A stretch of DNA of 64,000 bases from Tubiluchus corallicola. Taxonomy: Eukaryota > Animalia > Priapulida. Shown piece by piece: positions 18,527 through 32,187 of this stretch (position 1 is its first letter; each line of letters starts with the position of its first letter). A program made the translations under genes and the position numbers. The notes below the pieces were generated by a model. The model made no database searches and was not told the origin of the DNA. It saw only the letters and a list, made by a program, of their open reading frames with translations. The stretch spans positions 4,995-68,994 of the forward strand of contig JAQGDQ010001030.1 of assembly GCA_030141605.1 (NCBI GenBank). Direction: 5' to 3'.

Positions 18527-19180
18527 ATGAAAACATTAATTGCTATTTTAGTGCTCTTTGCAGCAACATTGGGAAGTGTTGATGCTCAAACTGCAATAGA
18601 GCTTAAAAATGCAGGTAATGCTGCGCTAAAGGAGAAAAAATACGGCAATGCGCTTGCTAGCTATGAAAGTGCATTGGCGGAGTGGGGAGAAGATGAAGAA
18701 CCGGATTTGGCAATGATCTATAATACTGGAGTGTGTGCTTACAGAACAAAAGATTTTAGAAAGGCAGACAAGTATTTTAACATGTCAATCGAGTCCGGCT
18801 ACAAAGCAGAAACAGCTTACAGGTATAAAGCAAACTCTCTTAAGCAATTAGGTGACAGTGAGGGGTTCATGAACACCCTATATGAAGGGCTTGATAAATA
18901 CCCTAATAGTAAAGAGATAAGATCAATGCTTTCAAAACACTATCTTAAAGAAGGAAATGTAGTTTATAAAAAGGGTGCAGCCGTTCTAAAATTGGCATCA
19001 GACGACATTGGAGCAGGTAAGTATACTACCAATGACGAAGCCTATAAGACAGAGCTGAGAAAAGCGAAAGAAGAGTTTAAATCTGCTTTGATACTGTTCG
19101 ATAAAGCATTGGAACATAAGCCTACAGATGCAACTGCATTAAAGCTGAAGGAGGCATGTGAGAAAAACCTGAAGATGTAA
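18527..19180 (+). CDS. Exported TPR protein
   Basis: Signal peptide (VDA/Q). TPR helices KNAGNAAL, YNTGVCAY. Confidence 0.85.
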   Translation: MKTLIAILVLFAATLGSVDAQTAIELKNAGNAALKEKKYGNALASYESALAEWGEDEEPDLAMIYNTGVCAYRTKDFRKADKYFNMSIESGYKAETAYRYKANSLKQLGDSEGFMNTLYEGLDKYPNSKEIRSMLSKHYLKEGNVVYKKGAAVLKLASDDIGAGKYTTNDEAYKTELRKAKEEFKSALILFDKALEHKPTDATALKLKEACEKNLKM

Positions 19181-19201
19181 TATGTTCAGCAACTGAACTA
19201 T

Positions 19202-19237
19202 AAAAAGGCTGCTCAATAACCTTGGGCAGCTTTTTTT
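19202..19237 (+). terminator. Intrinsic terminator
   Basis: AAAAAGGCTGCTCAA...TTGGGCAGCTTTTTTT. Confidence 0.8.
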
Positions 19238-19312
19238 GTGAATAAAAACTAACATTATAAGAGATGTTTTTTGTACTTTCAACCATCGGAGATTAACCTT
19301 ATTTTCTATGCT

Positions 19313-20446
19313 ATGAATTTATTTGAAGACAAACGTACTGTTTTAACTCTGGATGCGGGAGGCACAAACTTTGTATTTTCAGCTATGAAGGCAGGTGAAG
19401 AGATTTTGAACCCCATTGTACTTCCTTCATTTGGCGACAATCTGGATAAAAGCCTTGCGAGCATGATAGAGGGGTTCTCTATGGTTTGCAAAGGGCTGGA
19501 TGAAGCCCCATCTGCAATAAGCTTTGCATTTCCCGGGCCTGCTGATTACCCAAATGGTATTATCGGCAACTTGGTAAACCTTCCCGCATACAGTGGTGGT
19601 GTAGCTTTAGGAGCTTTTTTGAAGAAGCAGTTCGACTTGCCTGTATACATAAATAATGACGGAGATCTTTATGCTTACGGCGAGGCTTTAGGTGGAATAC
19701 TGCCCGAGGTAAATGCAAACCTTGAAAAGGCAGGAATTCCCAAAAGGTATAAAAACCTTATAGGGCTTACACTAGGAACGGGCTTTGGTGGTGGCATAGT
19801 GAGAAATGGACACCTTTACCTGGGTGATAATGCCATGGCCGCAGAGGTTTACGCTTTTCGTAATAAATTAAATCCACAGTGGTGTGCTGAGGATGGGATT
19901 TCAATAAGAGCAGTCCAGTACTTCTACAATAAATATAGTCGTAAAAGAGGTAGTAGTAGTCTTAACCCCAAAGATATTTTTGACATTGCCAAAGGGGAGA
20001 TGGAAGGAGATACAGAGGCTGCGCAAAAAGCATTTTCATCTGTAGGGGAGGTAGTTGGCGACGTTATTGCACACCTAATCACAACCCTTGATGGACTGGT
20101 AGTACTGGGAGGTGGGTTAACCGGCGCATCTGAATTTATATTCCCTGCTATGCTTAAAGAGATAAATAGTAATTTGGTGCTCCCTGACGGAAGTCCCATA
20201 GAGCGCTTAATACAGAGAGTTGTCAGCCTGGACAATGATGAGGGGATGAGCGCAATTGTCAACCAAAAGACTATTGATATTAAAGTGCCAGGAAGCGATA
20301 CTGTTGTAAAATATAACCCGGATGCTATTCTTGGGGTGGGAACCTCTAGGTTGGGAGCCAGCCGGGCTACTGCGCTTGGGGCGTATGCATATGCACTATC
20401 CGCTTTAGATACAGTACAGCTCTCCCAGCAAGTAAGTTGTTATTAA
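19313..20446 (+). CDS. ROK-family sugar kinase
   Basis: LTLDAGGTN, FAFPGP, INNDGD, LTLGTGFGGG. ATG at 19313 preferred to TTG at 19271. Confidence 0.88.
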   Translation: MNLFEDKRTVLTLDAGGTNFVFSAMKAGEEILNPIVLPSFGDNLDKSLASMIEGFSMVCKGLDEAPSAISFAFPGPADYPNGIIGNLVNLPAYSGGVALGAFLKKQFDLPVYINNDGDLYAYGEALGGILPEVNANLEKAGIPKRYKNLIGLTLGTGFGGGIVRNGHLYLGDNAMAAEVYAFRNKLNPQWCAEDGISIRAVQYFYNKYSRKRGSSSLNPKDIFDIAKGEMEGDTEAAQKAFSSVGEVVGDVIAHLITTLDGLVVLGGGLTGASEFIFPAMLKEINSNLVLPDGSPIERLIQRVVSLDNDEGMSAIVNQKTIDIKVPGSDTVVKYNPDAILGVGTSRLGASRATALGAYAYALSALDTVQLSQQVSCY

Positions 20447-20519
20447 AATAGTGTTATACCTACTGTTTTTGAAGGCCAGCAGAGTTAATTGAGCACTTGT
20501 TGAGTCCGGTATTGCGAAT

Positions 20520-21332
20520 ATGCAAAAGAAAAAGATAGAAAAATTGCTTTACGGAGCAATAAAAGCTTCATTGAGTGCTGGCATAGAGATTATGAGGGTG
20601 TTCAACAGCGGGAACTTTGCGGTAGAGATAAAGGATGACAGGTCTCCTGTTACTACAGCAGACAGGAATGCCAATAAATTGATTGCAGAAGAGTTGAAAG
20701 TGTTTGAGCTTCCTTACCTAAGTGAAGAAAGTCCAATTCCTGCACATGAGGAGAGGAAAAAATGGGACTACTTATGGATGGTGGACCCTTTGGACGGGAC
20801 GAAGGAATTTGTAGCAGGCAGGAAAGATTTTACTGTAAATATTGCCTTGATAGATCATGGTTACCCCTTATTGGGAGTTATCTACATTCCAGCAACAGAT
20901 ACAATCTATTTTGGCAGCAAAGATTATGGAGCCTATAAACTTGAGAATGCATTATCCTTTAAGCCTTATGAAATTGCACAAAACGCAACCTTATTACCTT
21001 TACAGAAAAAGCATAAAAAGTTTGTGATAGTTGGCAGCAGGTCTCACCTGGATTCTCATACTGAGGCCTATTTTAAAAAGGAGAGAGAGAAGAGGGGAGT
21101 TGAGAATGTAGAGATTATTACTAGAGGAAGCTCCATGAAAATGTGTATCGTTGCCGAGGGACAGGCAGATATCTACCCACGCCTCAGTAATATAATGGAG
21201 TGGGATATTGCAGCAGGACATGCTATATGCGAAGCAGCAGGCTGTGCCGTAACACAGTGGGATGGCTCTCTATTGAGGTACAATAAAAAGGATTTTCATC
21301 AATATTGGTTTGTTGTAAAAAGAGAGGCCTGA
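20520..21332 (+). CDS. cysQ: 3'(2'),5'-bisphosphate nucleotidase
   Basis: KDDRSPVTTAD, LSEE, VDPLDGTKEF, GSSMK, EWDIAAGHAI. Confidence 0.93.
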   Translation: MQKKKIEKLLYGAIKASLSAGIEIMRVFNSGNFAVEIKDDRSPVTTADRNANKLIAEELKVFELPYLSEESPIPAHEERKKWDYLWMVDPLDGTKEFVAGRKDFTVNIALIDHGYPLLGVIYIPATDTIYFGSKDYGAYKLENALSFKPYEIAQNATLLPLQKKHKKFVIVGSRSHLDSHTEAYFKKEREKRGVENVEIITRGSSMKMCIVAEGQADIYPRLSNIMEWDIAAGHAICEAAGCAVTQWDGSLLRYNKKDFHQYWFVVKREA

Positions 21333-21572
21333 TATGCTAAAAGTGACCTTACCTTTTCAGCAAAAATGCCAGGATGAGCAGAAAATCCTATCTAGTACAG
21401 CTTATATTATGAAGCATCTGTAAAAACTTGCCCTTTTCAATTTGAAGTCACTATTCACATCAGCAAGCTACGGCCTGCCATCAAGTTTCCCCTCAACTGA
21501 ACTAAAGCCTTTTGCTTTTGTAAAGAACTCTATAGAATAAAAGTGCTCATCGAGTTGAAGATACAGAACCAC

Positions 21573-22460
21573 TTAGGTTACCAGCGCTTCTACCTCTTTC
21601 TTAATTTCTGCATAAACTTTAGGTGATACCGGAACAAGTGGGAGCCTAAGCACATTTTCAATTTTTCCAATGGAGTGCAGTGCTGCCTTAACTCCTCCAG
21701 GGTTTCCCTCTACAAAAAGTTTTTTAAATATATTGATGTACCTAAGATGCAGCTGCGATGCTGTGGCAAAGTTTCCATCCAGCGCTGCCTGCGTCAACAT
21801 CTTTATTCCTTTAGGGATAACATTTGCAGCAACAGATATTACCCCATCACCACCAAGTGATATAATAGGAACTATTGCATTATCATCGCCAGATATCACA
21901 GAAAACCTCTCTGGCCTGTCACGCAATATAGTTGCTACCTCCGTTAAGTTTCCTGAAGCCTCTTTTGTCCCCACAAATTTTTTTGATTTATGTGCAAGGC
22001 TTAATGTTGTCTCCGCACTCATGTGGGCACCTGTCCTGCCAGGAACATTATACATTATAATAGGCAAAGCACACGCTTCAGCTATGGCCATGTAGTGTTG
22101 AAAAATACCTTTTTGTGTAGGCTTATTGTAGTATGGGACAACTGACAGTATAGCATCTGCTTTCGACAGATTTATACTGGTTATGTCATCAATAACAGCT
22201 CGGGTATTATTGCCTCCTACACCTACAACCAATGGTATTTTATTATTGATTTTCAGTGCAATAAAGTCTATTACTTCTTGTTTTTCTTTAACTGTAAGAG
22301 TCGCTGTCTCAGCAGTTGTCCCCAACGCAACGATATAGTCAGTGCCTGACTCTAAGTGACTGCTAATCAGATCCTCCAAGACTGCAAAGTCAATTTCCAT
22401 TGATGAGGTAAATGGTGTTATTAGTGCGACACCACTTCCCCTGTAATCATTTATGGTCAT
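21573..22460 (-). CDS. dapA: 4-hydroxy-tetrahydrodipicolinate synthase
   Basis: GTTAE, PYYNKP, YNVPGRTG, KEASG, SGDD. Confidence 0.96.
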   Translation of the reverse strand: MTINDYRGSGVALITPFTSSMEIDFAVLEDLISSHLESGTDYIVALGTTAETATLTVKEKQEVIDFIALKINNKIPLVVGVGGNNTRAVIDDITSINLSKADAILSVVPYYNKPTQKGIFQHYMAIAEACALPIIMYNVPGRTGAHMSAETTLSLAHKSKKFVGTKEASGNLTEVATILRDRPERFSVISGDDNAIVPIISLGGDGVISVAANVIPKGIKMLTQAALDGNFATASQLHLRYINIFKKLFVEGNPGGVKAALHSIGKIENVLRLPLVPVSPKVYAEIKKEVEALVT

Positions 22461-22557
22461 ATTATTAATCTATTACTTAACACTACACTTGTAAACTATT
22501 GAAACACAATAAAATAAGAAATATTTGCATTTAAAATAAAACACTGATTAGCTGGCA

Positions 22558-23091
22558 TCACCTTATCCTATCTAAATAGAATATAAGCTGCTCAGCAAGA
22601 TGCTTGCACCCCTGCTTAACAGGTATATCTACAGAAAAATCATTGAAATCAAACTCTTCCGACGCCCGCCCCACTTTAAATGGTGAATTTGTCCGTACCA
22701 AAACAGACAGCAGGGGAAACTCCTTTTTTATAGACAAATCTATAAGTATATCCGGAGCTTCCTCCATAAACTGGATCGCTTCTTGCGACTTTGGTTTTCC
22801 TAAAAGTCCAACCTCTTTTTTAACAAAAAGTTCCGAACCGTGCTTCCCAAGGCTTTTTCGACTCTTATCTGCTATATCGAGATAAGCAAGCCCTTTGATT
22901 TTAAGCCCTCTCTGCTTCAAATCCCTCCATAAATACTCAAAAGCTTCCTCAGCATCTTTATCTTTCGGGTTCCATAACAAGCCCACAGATCGGGCTGTTT
23001 TGAAATTGTGGACTTTTATGATACGTTTTTTCGCTTTGTAGACTTTATACAGAGTTTTCCACGCAATCGGTTTTAAAATATCCCTTATCAT
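22558..23091 (-). CDS. Conserved Bacteroidota hypothetical protein (DUF6913-like)
   Basis: DILIDLS...FKVG...YLDRI pattern. Usual position between ligA and dapA. ATG at 23091. Confidence 0.65.
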   Translation of the reverse strand: MIRDILKPIAWKTLYKVYKAKKRIIKVHNFKTARSVGLLWNPKDKDAEEAFEYLWRDLKQRGLKIKGLAYLDIADKSRKSLGKHGSELFVKKEVGLLGKPKSQEAIQFMEEAPDILIDLSIKKEFPLLSVLVRTNSPFKVGRASEEFDFNDFSVDIPVKQGCKHLAEQLIFYLDRIR

Positions 23092-23166
23092 ATAACCACC
23101 AAAATTACGAAAACATTTGTCCAAATATGTACGCAGAATATAAAAAATACTGCCATTTACCCTTGT

Positions 23167-25170
<2,004 letters not shown>

Positions 25171-25610
25171 TTAGCAAAATATTAATCTTTCGGAGCTCTT
25201 TCTTTATGGTTAAGAGATTTTGGTTTATTTTAAGAATTTTTTACATAACGCTTTACACAGATAACCAAAACTCTTTGCAGACACCTATCTTCTTGAAATT
25301 GTGCCTATTATCCCACAAAGCCCATTCTGATATACATTATGATGTTTCATTTCACTTCTCTTTTTCGATTATTTACTTTTCGCTTGTTACAAATTTAATA
25401 TAATTTAGTGTTGCAAAAGCTTTTGCTATATAAAGGTCTTGTCGACAATAAGCATGAGCGAGCTGCGGCTATTTTAAACTGTCCTACGATTTCCTATGAG
25501 GCTAGTTTTAATATATATGTCTGAAGCACGGCATTGTAAACCAACAAAAAAGTGCTTTCTTTGCACACTAAATAAATAAGTTAAGTCAAAAACTAAAAAC
25601 AAAATAAGAA

Positions 25611-26159
25611 ATGTTTATTGCAAAAGATAAAATGGTTACCCTTACCTATGAGCTTAGACTTGATAGTAAGGAGAATGAGGTGTTTGAAAAAACAAGTAAA
25701 GACAATCCTTTGGTGTTTTTGTACGGTGTGGGGTTAATGCTACCAGAGTTTGAGTCTCGTATTGAAGGGATGAGTACAGGACAGGAGTTCAATATAGAGA
25801 TCAGCACTGCCAATGCTTATGGCGAGATAAATGAAGAGAGAATTATTGAGCTACCAAAAAGTGTTTTTGAGACGGAAGGTGAGTTTGACAATGATCTCGT
25901 GAGATCAGGGAATAGCGTGCCTATGGTGTCATCGTCAGGGCAGAGAATGACTGGTGTCGTGCTTGAAGTCAGAGAAGATGTTGTTAAAATAGACTTTAAC
26001 CATCCGCTGGCGGGAGAAGACCTACACTTCAAGGGGAAGATTCTTGAGGTGAGAGACGCAACAGAAGAGGAGCTTAAATCAGTTACCGGCCAGGATACTT
26101 GTGGGTGTGTAAGCAGTAGTTGTACTTCAGACGAGTGTCAAAGCAGCTGCAGTTGCTAG
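25611..26159 (+). CDS. slyD: FKBP-type peptidyl-prolyl isomerase
   Basis: DFNHPLAGEDLHF, VRDATEEEL, Cys-rich tail. Confidence 0.92.
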   Translation: MFIAKDKMVTLTYELRLDSKENEVFEKTSKDNPLVFLYGVGLMLPEFESRIEGMSTGQEFNIEISTANAYGEINEERIIELPKSVFETEGEFDNDLVRSGNSVPMVSSSGQRMTGVVLEVREDVVKIDFNHPLAGEDLHFKGKILEVRDATEEELKSVTGQDTCGCVSSSCTSDECQSSCSC

Positions 26160-26311
26160 TAATGAAGGTTACAATTTCTCACTATTATATTATAGTTAAA
26201 AGTTGATTTGCTTTTTTATCCCTGCTCATGGTATTAAGAAGGGACAAAGTTTTTGTCTCGGTGGTGCTAATGGAGAAACTTGATAAAAACCGCGACAGTT
26301 TACTGATGTAA

Positions 26312-27391
26312 ATGATGAATAATACATTTGGGCAGATATTCAGGATCACATCGTTTGGAGAGTCCCATGGCTCTGCAATTGGAGGCGTTATTGACGGATG
26401 TCCTGCGGGACTGAAAATAGACACAAAGCATGTTCAAGCTGAGCTTAACCGTCGCAAACCTGGGCAGTCACATATTACCACACAAAGAAAAGAGGTAGAT
26501 GAGGTAGAATTTCTTTCAGGTATCTTTGAAAAAAAAACTACAGGAACTCCCATTGGGTTTATTGTCCGTAATAAGGATTACCGTTCCGACGACTACAGTA
26601 GTATAAAAAATGTTTATCGTCCTTCTCACGCCGACTACACATATAGCAAAAAGTATGGAATACGCGATTATCGCGGAGGAGGAAGGTCTTCAGCAAGAGA
26701 AACCATATCCAGGGTTGTGGCCGGTTCTGTTGCGAAGCAACTGCTACACAGGCAAGGTGTAAGTGTTGAGGCTTTTGTTTCACAGGTGGGAAATATAACC
26801 CTGAAAAAAGGGTATAACGAACTGGACCTTAGTAGCACAGACAAGAATATAGTCAGATGTCCTGATTCTGCTACAGCAGAAAAAATGATTGCTCGTATAG
26901 AAGAGGCAAAACGCAATCAAGATACTGTAGGCGGAGTTATTACAGGTGTTGCCAAAGGCATTCCCGCCGGATGGGGCGAGCCTGTATTTAATAAACTACA
27001 TGCCTGCATCGGTTATGCTATGCTAGGGATAAATGCAGTAAAAGGCTTTGAGTATGGTTCAGGATTTGAAGGGACAAAGCTGCCAGGCTTTAAGCACAAT
27101 GATATATTTGTAAAAAGTGATGGTAAGATAAGAACAAAAACGAATCATTCGGGAGGAATACAGGGAGGTATATCAAACGGAGAAGACATATACTGGAAAG
27201 TAGCATTTAAACCTATTGCTACCTTACTGAAAGAGCAGCCAACTATTGACACAAATGGTAGTGATACAGTAATAAATCCTGCGGGAAGGCATGACCCATG
27301 CGTATTACCGCGTGCTGTACCAGTAGTTGAAGCAATGGCTGCCATTGTATTGGCAGATCATTTTTTGCTAAATAGATTAGCACAGCTGTAA
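26312..27391 (+). CDS. aroC: Chorismate synthase
   Basis: [29 protein letters not shown]. Confidence 0.98.
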   Translation: MMNNTFGQIFRITSFGESHGSAIGGVIDGCPAGLKIDTKHVQAELNRRKPGQSHITTQRKEVDEVEFLSGIFEKKTTGTPIGFIVRNKDYRSDDYSSIKNVYRPSHADYTYSKKYGIRDYRGGGRSSARETISRVVAGSVAKQLLHRQGVSVEAFVSQVGNITLKKGYNELDLSSTDKNIVRCPDSATAEKMIARIEEAKRNQDTVGGVITGVAKGIPAGWGEPVFNKLHACIGYAMLGINAVKGFEYGSGFEGTKLPGFKHNDIFVKSDGKIRTKTNHSGGIQGGISNGEDIYWKVAFKPIATLLKEQPTIDTNGSDTVINPAGRHDPCVLPRAVPVVEAMAAIVLADHFLLNRLAQL

Positions 27392-27463
27392 GGATTGGAA
27401 GGCAAAATAAAAGATAACAGGTAGATTTTGTTATATTTACAACTCTATTAATCTTATTAAACT

Positions 27464-27640
27464 ATGGAATCAACAGAAATTATTCTTAAGGCAATGGCTG
27501 AAGCCGGGAAGCCGTTGAAAGGCGGCGAGATTGCTGCGGCATCTGGACTAGATAAGAAAGATGTCGACAAAGCTATTAAACAGTTAAAAGCAGACGGTAG
27601 AATTGTCTCACCTAAGCGCTGCTTTTATGCACCAGCGTAA
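27464..27640 (+). CDS. 58-aa winged-helix protein, not in the ORF track
   Basis: MESTEIILKAMAEAGKPLKGGEIAAASGLDKKDVDKAIKQLKADGRIVSPKRCFYAPA*. Followed by an AAAAAGGGA...TCCCTTTTT hairpin. Confidence 0.85.
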   Translation: MESTEIILKAMAEAGKPLKGGEIAAASGLDKKDVDKAIKQLKADGRIVSPKRCFYAPA

Positions 27641-28062
27641 AAATTTTTAAAGAAAAAGGGATTGCGGATAATTTGAAGTAAAATGCAGATGTCACGCGCT
27701 CCCTTTTATTGTATTATCGTGGCAAACAGGGATTTTTATGCAATTGTCACATATATCCACTTGACAACAAGGTCTTTATAAAACCCACCTTCCCGTTAAT
27801 ATTTTCGTCAAAACTCTCACTCTTCACTTACATCAGCAAATTATATTTTTTGCCAAACTTTTCCTCAATTTGAGTCAAGATCTCATCTTGCAAACATTTC
27901 GTAAGCATACCTATTGCAAGACCTCTGTAAAAGAGAAGGCCGGATAAATTTTATTCGCCTGTAGTTTACGTTTGCTCTACTATTCCTATCTGTATAACTG
28001 TAACAACTGTTTAAAGCTTTACAGATCGATTTTATAAACAGACATGGAGTGGAAAAGGCAGG

Positions 28063-29253
28063 TTAGTTTTTTACTGCTGCTATTCCCGGTAACTCTTTAC
28101 CCTCAAGATACTCCAGCAGTGCCCCTCCGGCAGTCGAAATGTAGGAAACATTGTTGGCAAGGCCAAACTTGTTTACTGCTGCAACAGAGTCTCCACCTCC
28201 CACAAGCGAAAATGCACCTTTTTTTGTAGCCTCAGCGACAGCATCGCCAACAGCCTTTGTCCCAGTAGCAAATTTATCAATCTCAAAAACGCCAACCGGA
28301 CCATTCCACAGGATAGTTTTCGACTCTTTTATTACTTTGTTAAATTTCTGAATGGTTTCCGGACCTACATCAAGGCCTTCCCATCCCTTATCAATTGAAG
28401 TAGAAGGAACTATCTTAGTGTTAGCATCTTCCGCAAACGCATCAGCCTCAATGACATCAACAGCAAAATGTAACTCTACACCTTTCTTAGCAGCTTTTTC
28501 TATTATATCTTTTGCAAGCCCAATATACTCGTCTTCACAAATAGAGTTTCCAATACTACCTCCTTGTGATTTAACAAATGTATATGTCATCCCGCCTCCA
28601 ATAATAAGGTGGTCTACAATATTAAGCAGATTTTCGATGATCGTTATTTTAGATGACACTTTAGACCCTCCCATTATTGCTGTAAATGGGCGACTTGGAT
28701 TTTGCATTACTTTATCGAGACTTTTAACTTCACCGCTTACCAAGTGTCCAAACATTCTGTCTTTGGGGAAAAAACGTGATATAACAGCTGTAGATGCGTG
28801 CGCCCGATGCGCAGTCCCAAATGCATCATTGACCCAACAGTCCCCAAGCTTTGCAATATGCTCTGCAAAAGTTATATCACCATTTTTTTCTTCTGCATGA
28901 AAGCGAAGATTCTCAAGTACCAGTACATCTCCCGGCTGAAGGGAAGAAGCTATCTTTTCTGTCTCTTCACCAACACAATCAGGCGCTATTTGAACCCTGG
29001 CTCCATCCAGTAGCTTCGATAAATGTTTAACAACATGCTTTAATGAAAATTTATCATCTCTCCCTTTGGGGCGCCCAAGATGGGACATAATAATAGGCAT
29101 GCCACCCTTTTCAATAACTGCCTTAATTGTTGGAAGCGCTGCACGCATGCGTGTATCATCGGTGATTTTTAAGTTCTCATCCAGAGGAACATTAAAGTCT
29201 ACGCGAATAAGCGCTCGTTTTCCTGAAAAATTATAAGTGTCTAACGTTTGCAT
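28063..29253 (-). CDS. pgk: Phosphoglycerate kinase
   Basis: [37 protein letters not shown]. Start at MQTL (29253). Confidence 0.98.
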   Translation of the reverse strand: MQTLDTYNFSGKRALIRVDFNVPLDENLKITDDTRMRAALPTIKAVIEKGGMPIIMSHLGRPKGRDDKFSLKHVVKHLSKLLDGARVQIAPDCVGEETEKIASSLQPGDVLVLENLRFHAEEKNGDITFAEHIAKLGDCWVNDAFGTAHRAHASTAVISRFFPKDRMFGHLVSGEVKSLDKVMQNPSRPFTAIMGGSKVSSKITIIENLLNIVDHLIIGGGMTYTFVKSQGGSIGNSICEDEYIGLAKDIIEKAAKKGVELHFAVDVIEADAFAEDANTKIVPSTSIDKGWEGLDVGPETIQKFNKVIKESKTILWNGPVGVFEIDKFATGTKAVGDAVAEATKKGAFSLVGGGDSVAAVNKFGLANNVSYISTAGGALLEYLEGKELPGIAAVKN

Positions 29254-29519
29254 TTTTTTATTTGATGTTAAAAATATATAGCACAAAATCTTTTCAAACT
29301 TACACAAAATACAGCAATCACGCATAAAATAAGCGAAAAATAAAGAGAGAGAAACAAGTCCAAGAACAATGCATTCTCTAGGTGTATTTAACTACTATTT
29401 TTAAGAGTAAATGTATAAGCGTTAAATTGGTTTTATTTTATTGCTAAAGAAGTCCTTTATTTTACTATTTTTGCCTAGCGATTTTTTAGAAGGGTATAAT
29501 AGAATTAAATTGTATATAG

Positions 29520-32015
29520 ATGACTGAAGAAGAAAGAGTTGTGAAAATAAATATTGAAGAGCAGATGAAATCTGCCTATATCGATTACTCGATGTCTGTC
29601 ATTGTTTCCAGGGCTCTTCCCGATGTTCGTGACGGGTTAAAGCCGGTACATCGAAGGGTATTATTCGGTATGGGTGAGCTGGGCACTTATTCAAACAGAC
29701 CATACAAAAAGTCTGCAAGAATAGTGGGGGAGGTGCTTGGTAAGTACCATCCCCATGGGGATTCGTCTGTTTATCTTGCAATGGTCAGAATGGCTCAAAA
29801 TTGGTCGTTAAGGTATCCTTTGATTGATGGACAGGGTAATTTCGGCTCTGTTGATGGAGATAGTCCGGCAGCAATGAGATACACAGAAGCCAGACTCAAA
29901 AAAATTGCAGAGGAGACTCTCTCTGATCTTGATAAAGACACAGTAGATTACCAGCCAAACTTTGATGAGTCACTACTGGAACCTGTTGTCTTACCAACAA
30001 AATTTCCAAGCCTCATTGTTAATGGTGCTTCAGGTATTGCAGTAGGTATGGCAACCAATATGCCACCCCACAACCTGTCAGACTCTATTGACGCTATTAC
30101 TGCTTATATCAATAATCCTGACATTGGAATAGATGAACTGATAGAGATAGTTCAAGCTCCTGACTTTCCCACCGGCGGTATAATATATGGCTATAGTGGA
30201 GTGAGAGAAGCGCTGGAGACTGGACGGGGGAGGGTAGTACTGCGTGGACGTGCTGAGATAGAGGCCACTGCGCAAGGTAGAGAAAAGCTTATAATCTCGG
30301 AAATACCATACCTTGTTAATAAAGCTGAGTTGATAATGAAAATAGCTGATCTTGTCAACGAAAAGAAGATAGAGGGAATTGCTAACGTAAATGACGAGTC
30401 AGACAGGTCCGGAATGCGTATTGTTGTTGATGTAAAACGCGATGACATGGCCAGTGTGGTACTGAATAAACTGTACAAGTTTACGCCACTGCAAACATCT
30501 TTCAGTGTTAACAATATAGCGCTTGTGAAAGGGCGCCCCAAGTTGTTAAACTTTCGTGATCTGGTATACAACTTTGTAGAGCACCGCCACGAAGTTGTTG
30601 TCCGCAGAACAAAGTTTCAACTGGATCAGGCGGAGAAGAAAGCTCATATACTGAGAGGGTTAATTATAGCTATTGACAACCTGGATGCAGTAATAACATT
30701 AATCAGGGCATCAAAAACCCCTGAAGATGCAAAGAATGGGCTAATCAATGATTTCGAGTTGGATGAGGTACAGGCAAAAGCAATACTAGATATGCGCCTT
30801 CAGAAGCTTACCGGCCTTGAGCGTAATAAACTTCACGGTGAATACAAGGAGCTGTGCAAACATATTGACTGGCTAAAGGAGATACTTGCAGACAAGCCAA
30901 CAAGGATGAATATTATAAAGGATGAACTGAAAGAGATAAAAGAGAGGTATGGAGACAAGAGGAAGACAGAAATAGTTCACTCTGCGGAGGAGTTCAATCC
31001 TGAGGATTTCTATGCGGATGAAGAGATGGTGATTACAATCTCCCAGATGGGATATATAAAACGTACACCTTTGGGCGAGTTCCGTACTCAGTCTAGAGGA
31101 GGCACAGGCTCCAGGGGTTCAACAACACGTGATGAAGATTTTCTGAGACATATGTTCATTGCCAGCATGCATAACACCTTGCTGTTTTTTACAAAAAAAG
31201 GAAAATGCTTCTGGCTTAAAGTTTATGAAATACCAGAAGGTGCGAAAACATCAAAAGGGCGCGCCATACAGAATATGCTAAATATTGAGCCGGATGATAA
31301 GGTAAAAGCGCATATAAACGTTAACAGCCTTAATGATCAGGAGTACATAAATAATAATTTTATAGTTCTGTGTACCAAAAAAGGCATAATTAAAAAGACC
31401 TCACTAGAAGCCTATTCTCGCCCACGTCAGAACGGAGTGAACGCTATTACAATACGCGAAAATGATCAGCTTCTTGAGGCCAGGCTTACTAATGGGAACA
31501 ATGATATTCTGATGGCTGTCCGATCTGGCAAAGCCATACGGTTTCACGAAAGCAAAGTGCGACCTATAGGACGTACCGGGGCAGGAGTACGAGGTATAAG
31601 CTTAGACAGTGAAACCGACGAGCTAGTAGGTATGATTTGCGTGGAGGATGAGCAGGACGACGTTTTGGTGGTATCTGAGAATGGATTTGGAAAGCGCTCT
31701 AAGACAGCTGACTATCGCATTACCAACAGAGGAGGAAAGGGTGTAAAAACCATGAATATTACTGATAAGACAGGGGCTTTAGTGGCAATTAAGAATGTGC
31801 TTGACACCAATGACCTAATGATAATTACCCAGTCTGGTGTAGCAATACGCGTTCCTGTAGGCACCATTAGGATGACCGGCAGAGCCGCTCAGGGGGTAAA
31901 ACTTATCAACCTTAAAGATCAGGAATCCATAGCATCGGTTGCCAGGGTGGAAAATCAAAATAATGGAAATGACGATAATGATAATAAAGAAGAGAAAGAG
32001 CAGAGTGACAACTAG
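29520..32015 (+). CDS. gyrA: DNA gyrase subunit A
   Basis: [16 protein letters not shown], GyrA-box QSRGGTG, C-terminal pinwheel repeats. Confidence 0.97.
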   Translation: MTEEERVVKINIEEQMKSAYIDYSMSVIVSRALPDVRDGLKPVHRRVLFGMGELGTYSNRPYKKSARIVGEVLGKYHPHGDSSVYLAMVRMAQNWSLRYPLIDGQGNFGSVDGDSPAAMRYTEARLKKIAEETLSDLDKDTVDYQPNFDESLLEPVVLPTKFPSLIVNGASGIAVGMATNMPPHNLSDSIDAITAYINNPDIGIDELIEIVQAPDFPTGGIIYGYSGVREALETGRGRVVLRGRAEIEATAQGREKLIISEIPYLVNKAELIMKIADLVNEKKIEGIANVNDESDRSGMRIVVDVKRDDMASVVLNKLYKFTPLQTSFSVNNIALVKGRPKLLNFRDLVYNFVEHRHEVVVRRTKFQLDQAEKKAHILRGLIIAIDNLDAVITLIRASKTPEDAKNGLINDFELDEVQAKAILDMRLQKLTGLERNKLHGEYKELCKHIDWLKEILADKPTRMNIIKDELKEIKERYGDKRKTEIVHSAEEFNPEDFYADEEMVITISQMGYIKRTPLGEFRTQSRGGTGSRGSTTRDEDFLRHMFIASMHNTLLFFTKKGKCFWLKVYEIPEGAKTSKGRAIQNMLNIEPDDKVKAHINVNSLNDQEYINNNFIVLCTKKGIIKKTSLEAYSRPRQNGVNAITIRENDQLLEARLTNGNNDILMAVRSGKAIRFHESKVRPIGRTGAGVRGISLDSETDELVGMICVEDEQDDVLVVSENGFGKRSKTADYRITNRGGKGVKTMNITDKTGALVAIKNVLDTNDLMIITQSGVAIRVPVGTIRMTGRAAQGVKLINLKDQESIASVARVENQNNGNDDNDNKEEKEQSDN

Positions 32016-32187
32016 ATACAAGAAAATGAAAATAACAGTTAAAGTAGCATAGGTTGTACGAGACTCAAAAATATCATTATCTTTGAGTGAGATACGACAA
32101 AGAAGAGATGCTGGCTTATGCCTGTACTTTATTTTCATAAATTTTTAGTGAATATTTTACCTTGATAAACTATACATAATAATTAAA

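Noticed and set aside
29740-29800. GyrA QRDR reads DSSVYL (Leu at the E. coli Asp87-equivalent position)
   Set aside because: The Ser83-equivalent is intact and a hydrophobic residue here is usual in Bacteroidota; not evidence of acquired resistance.
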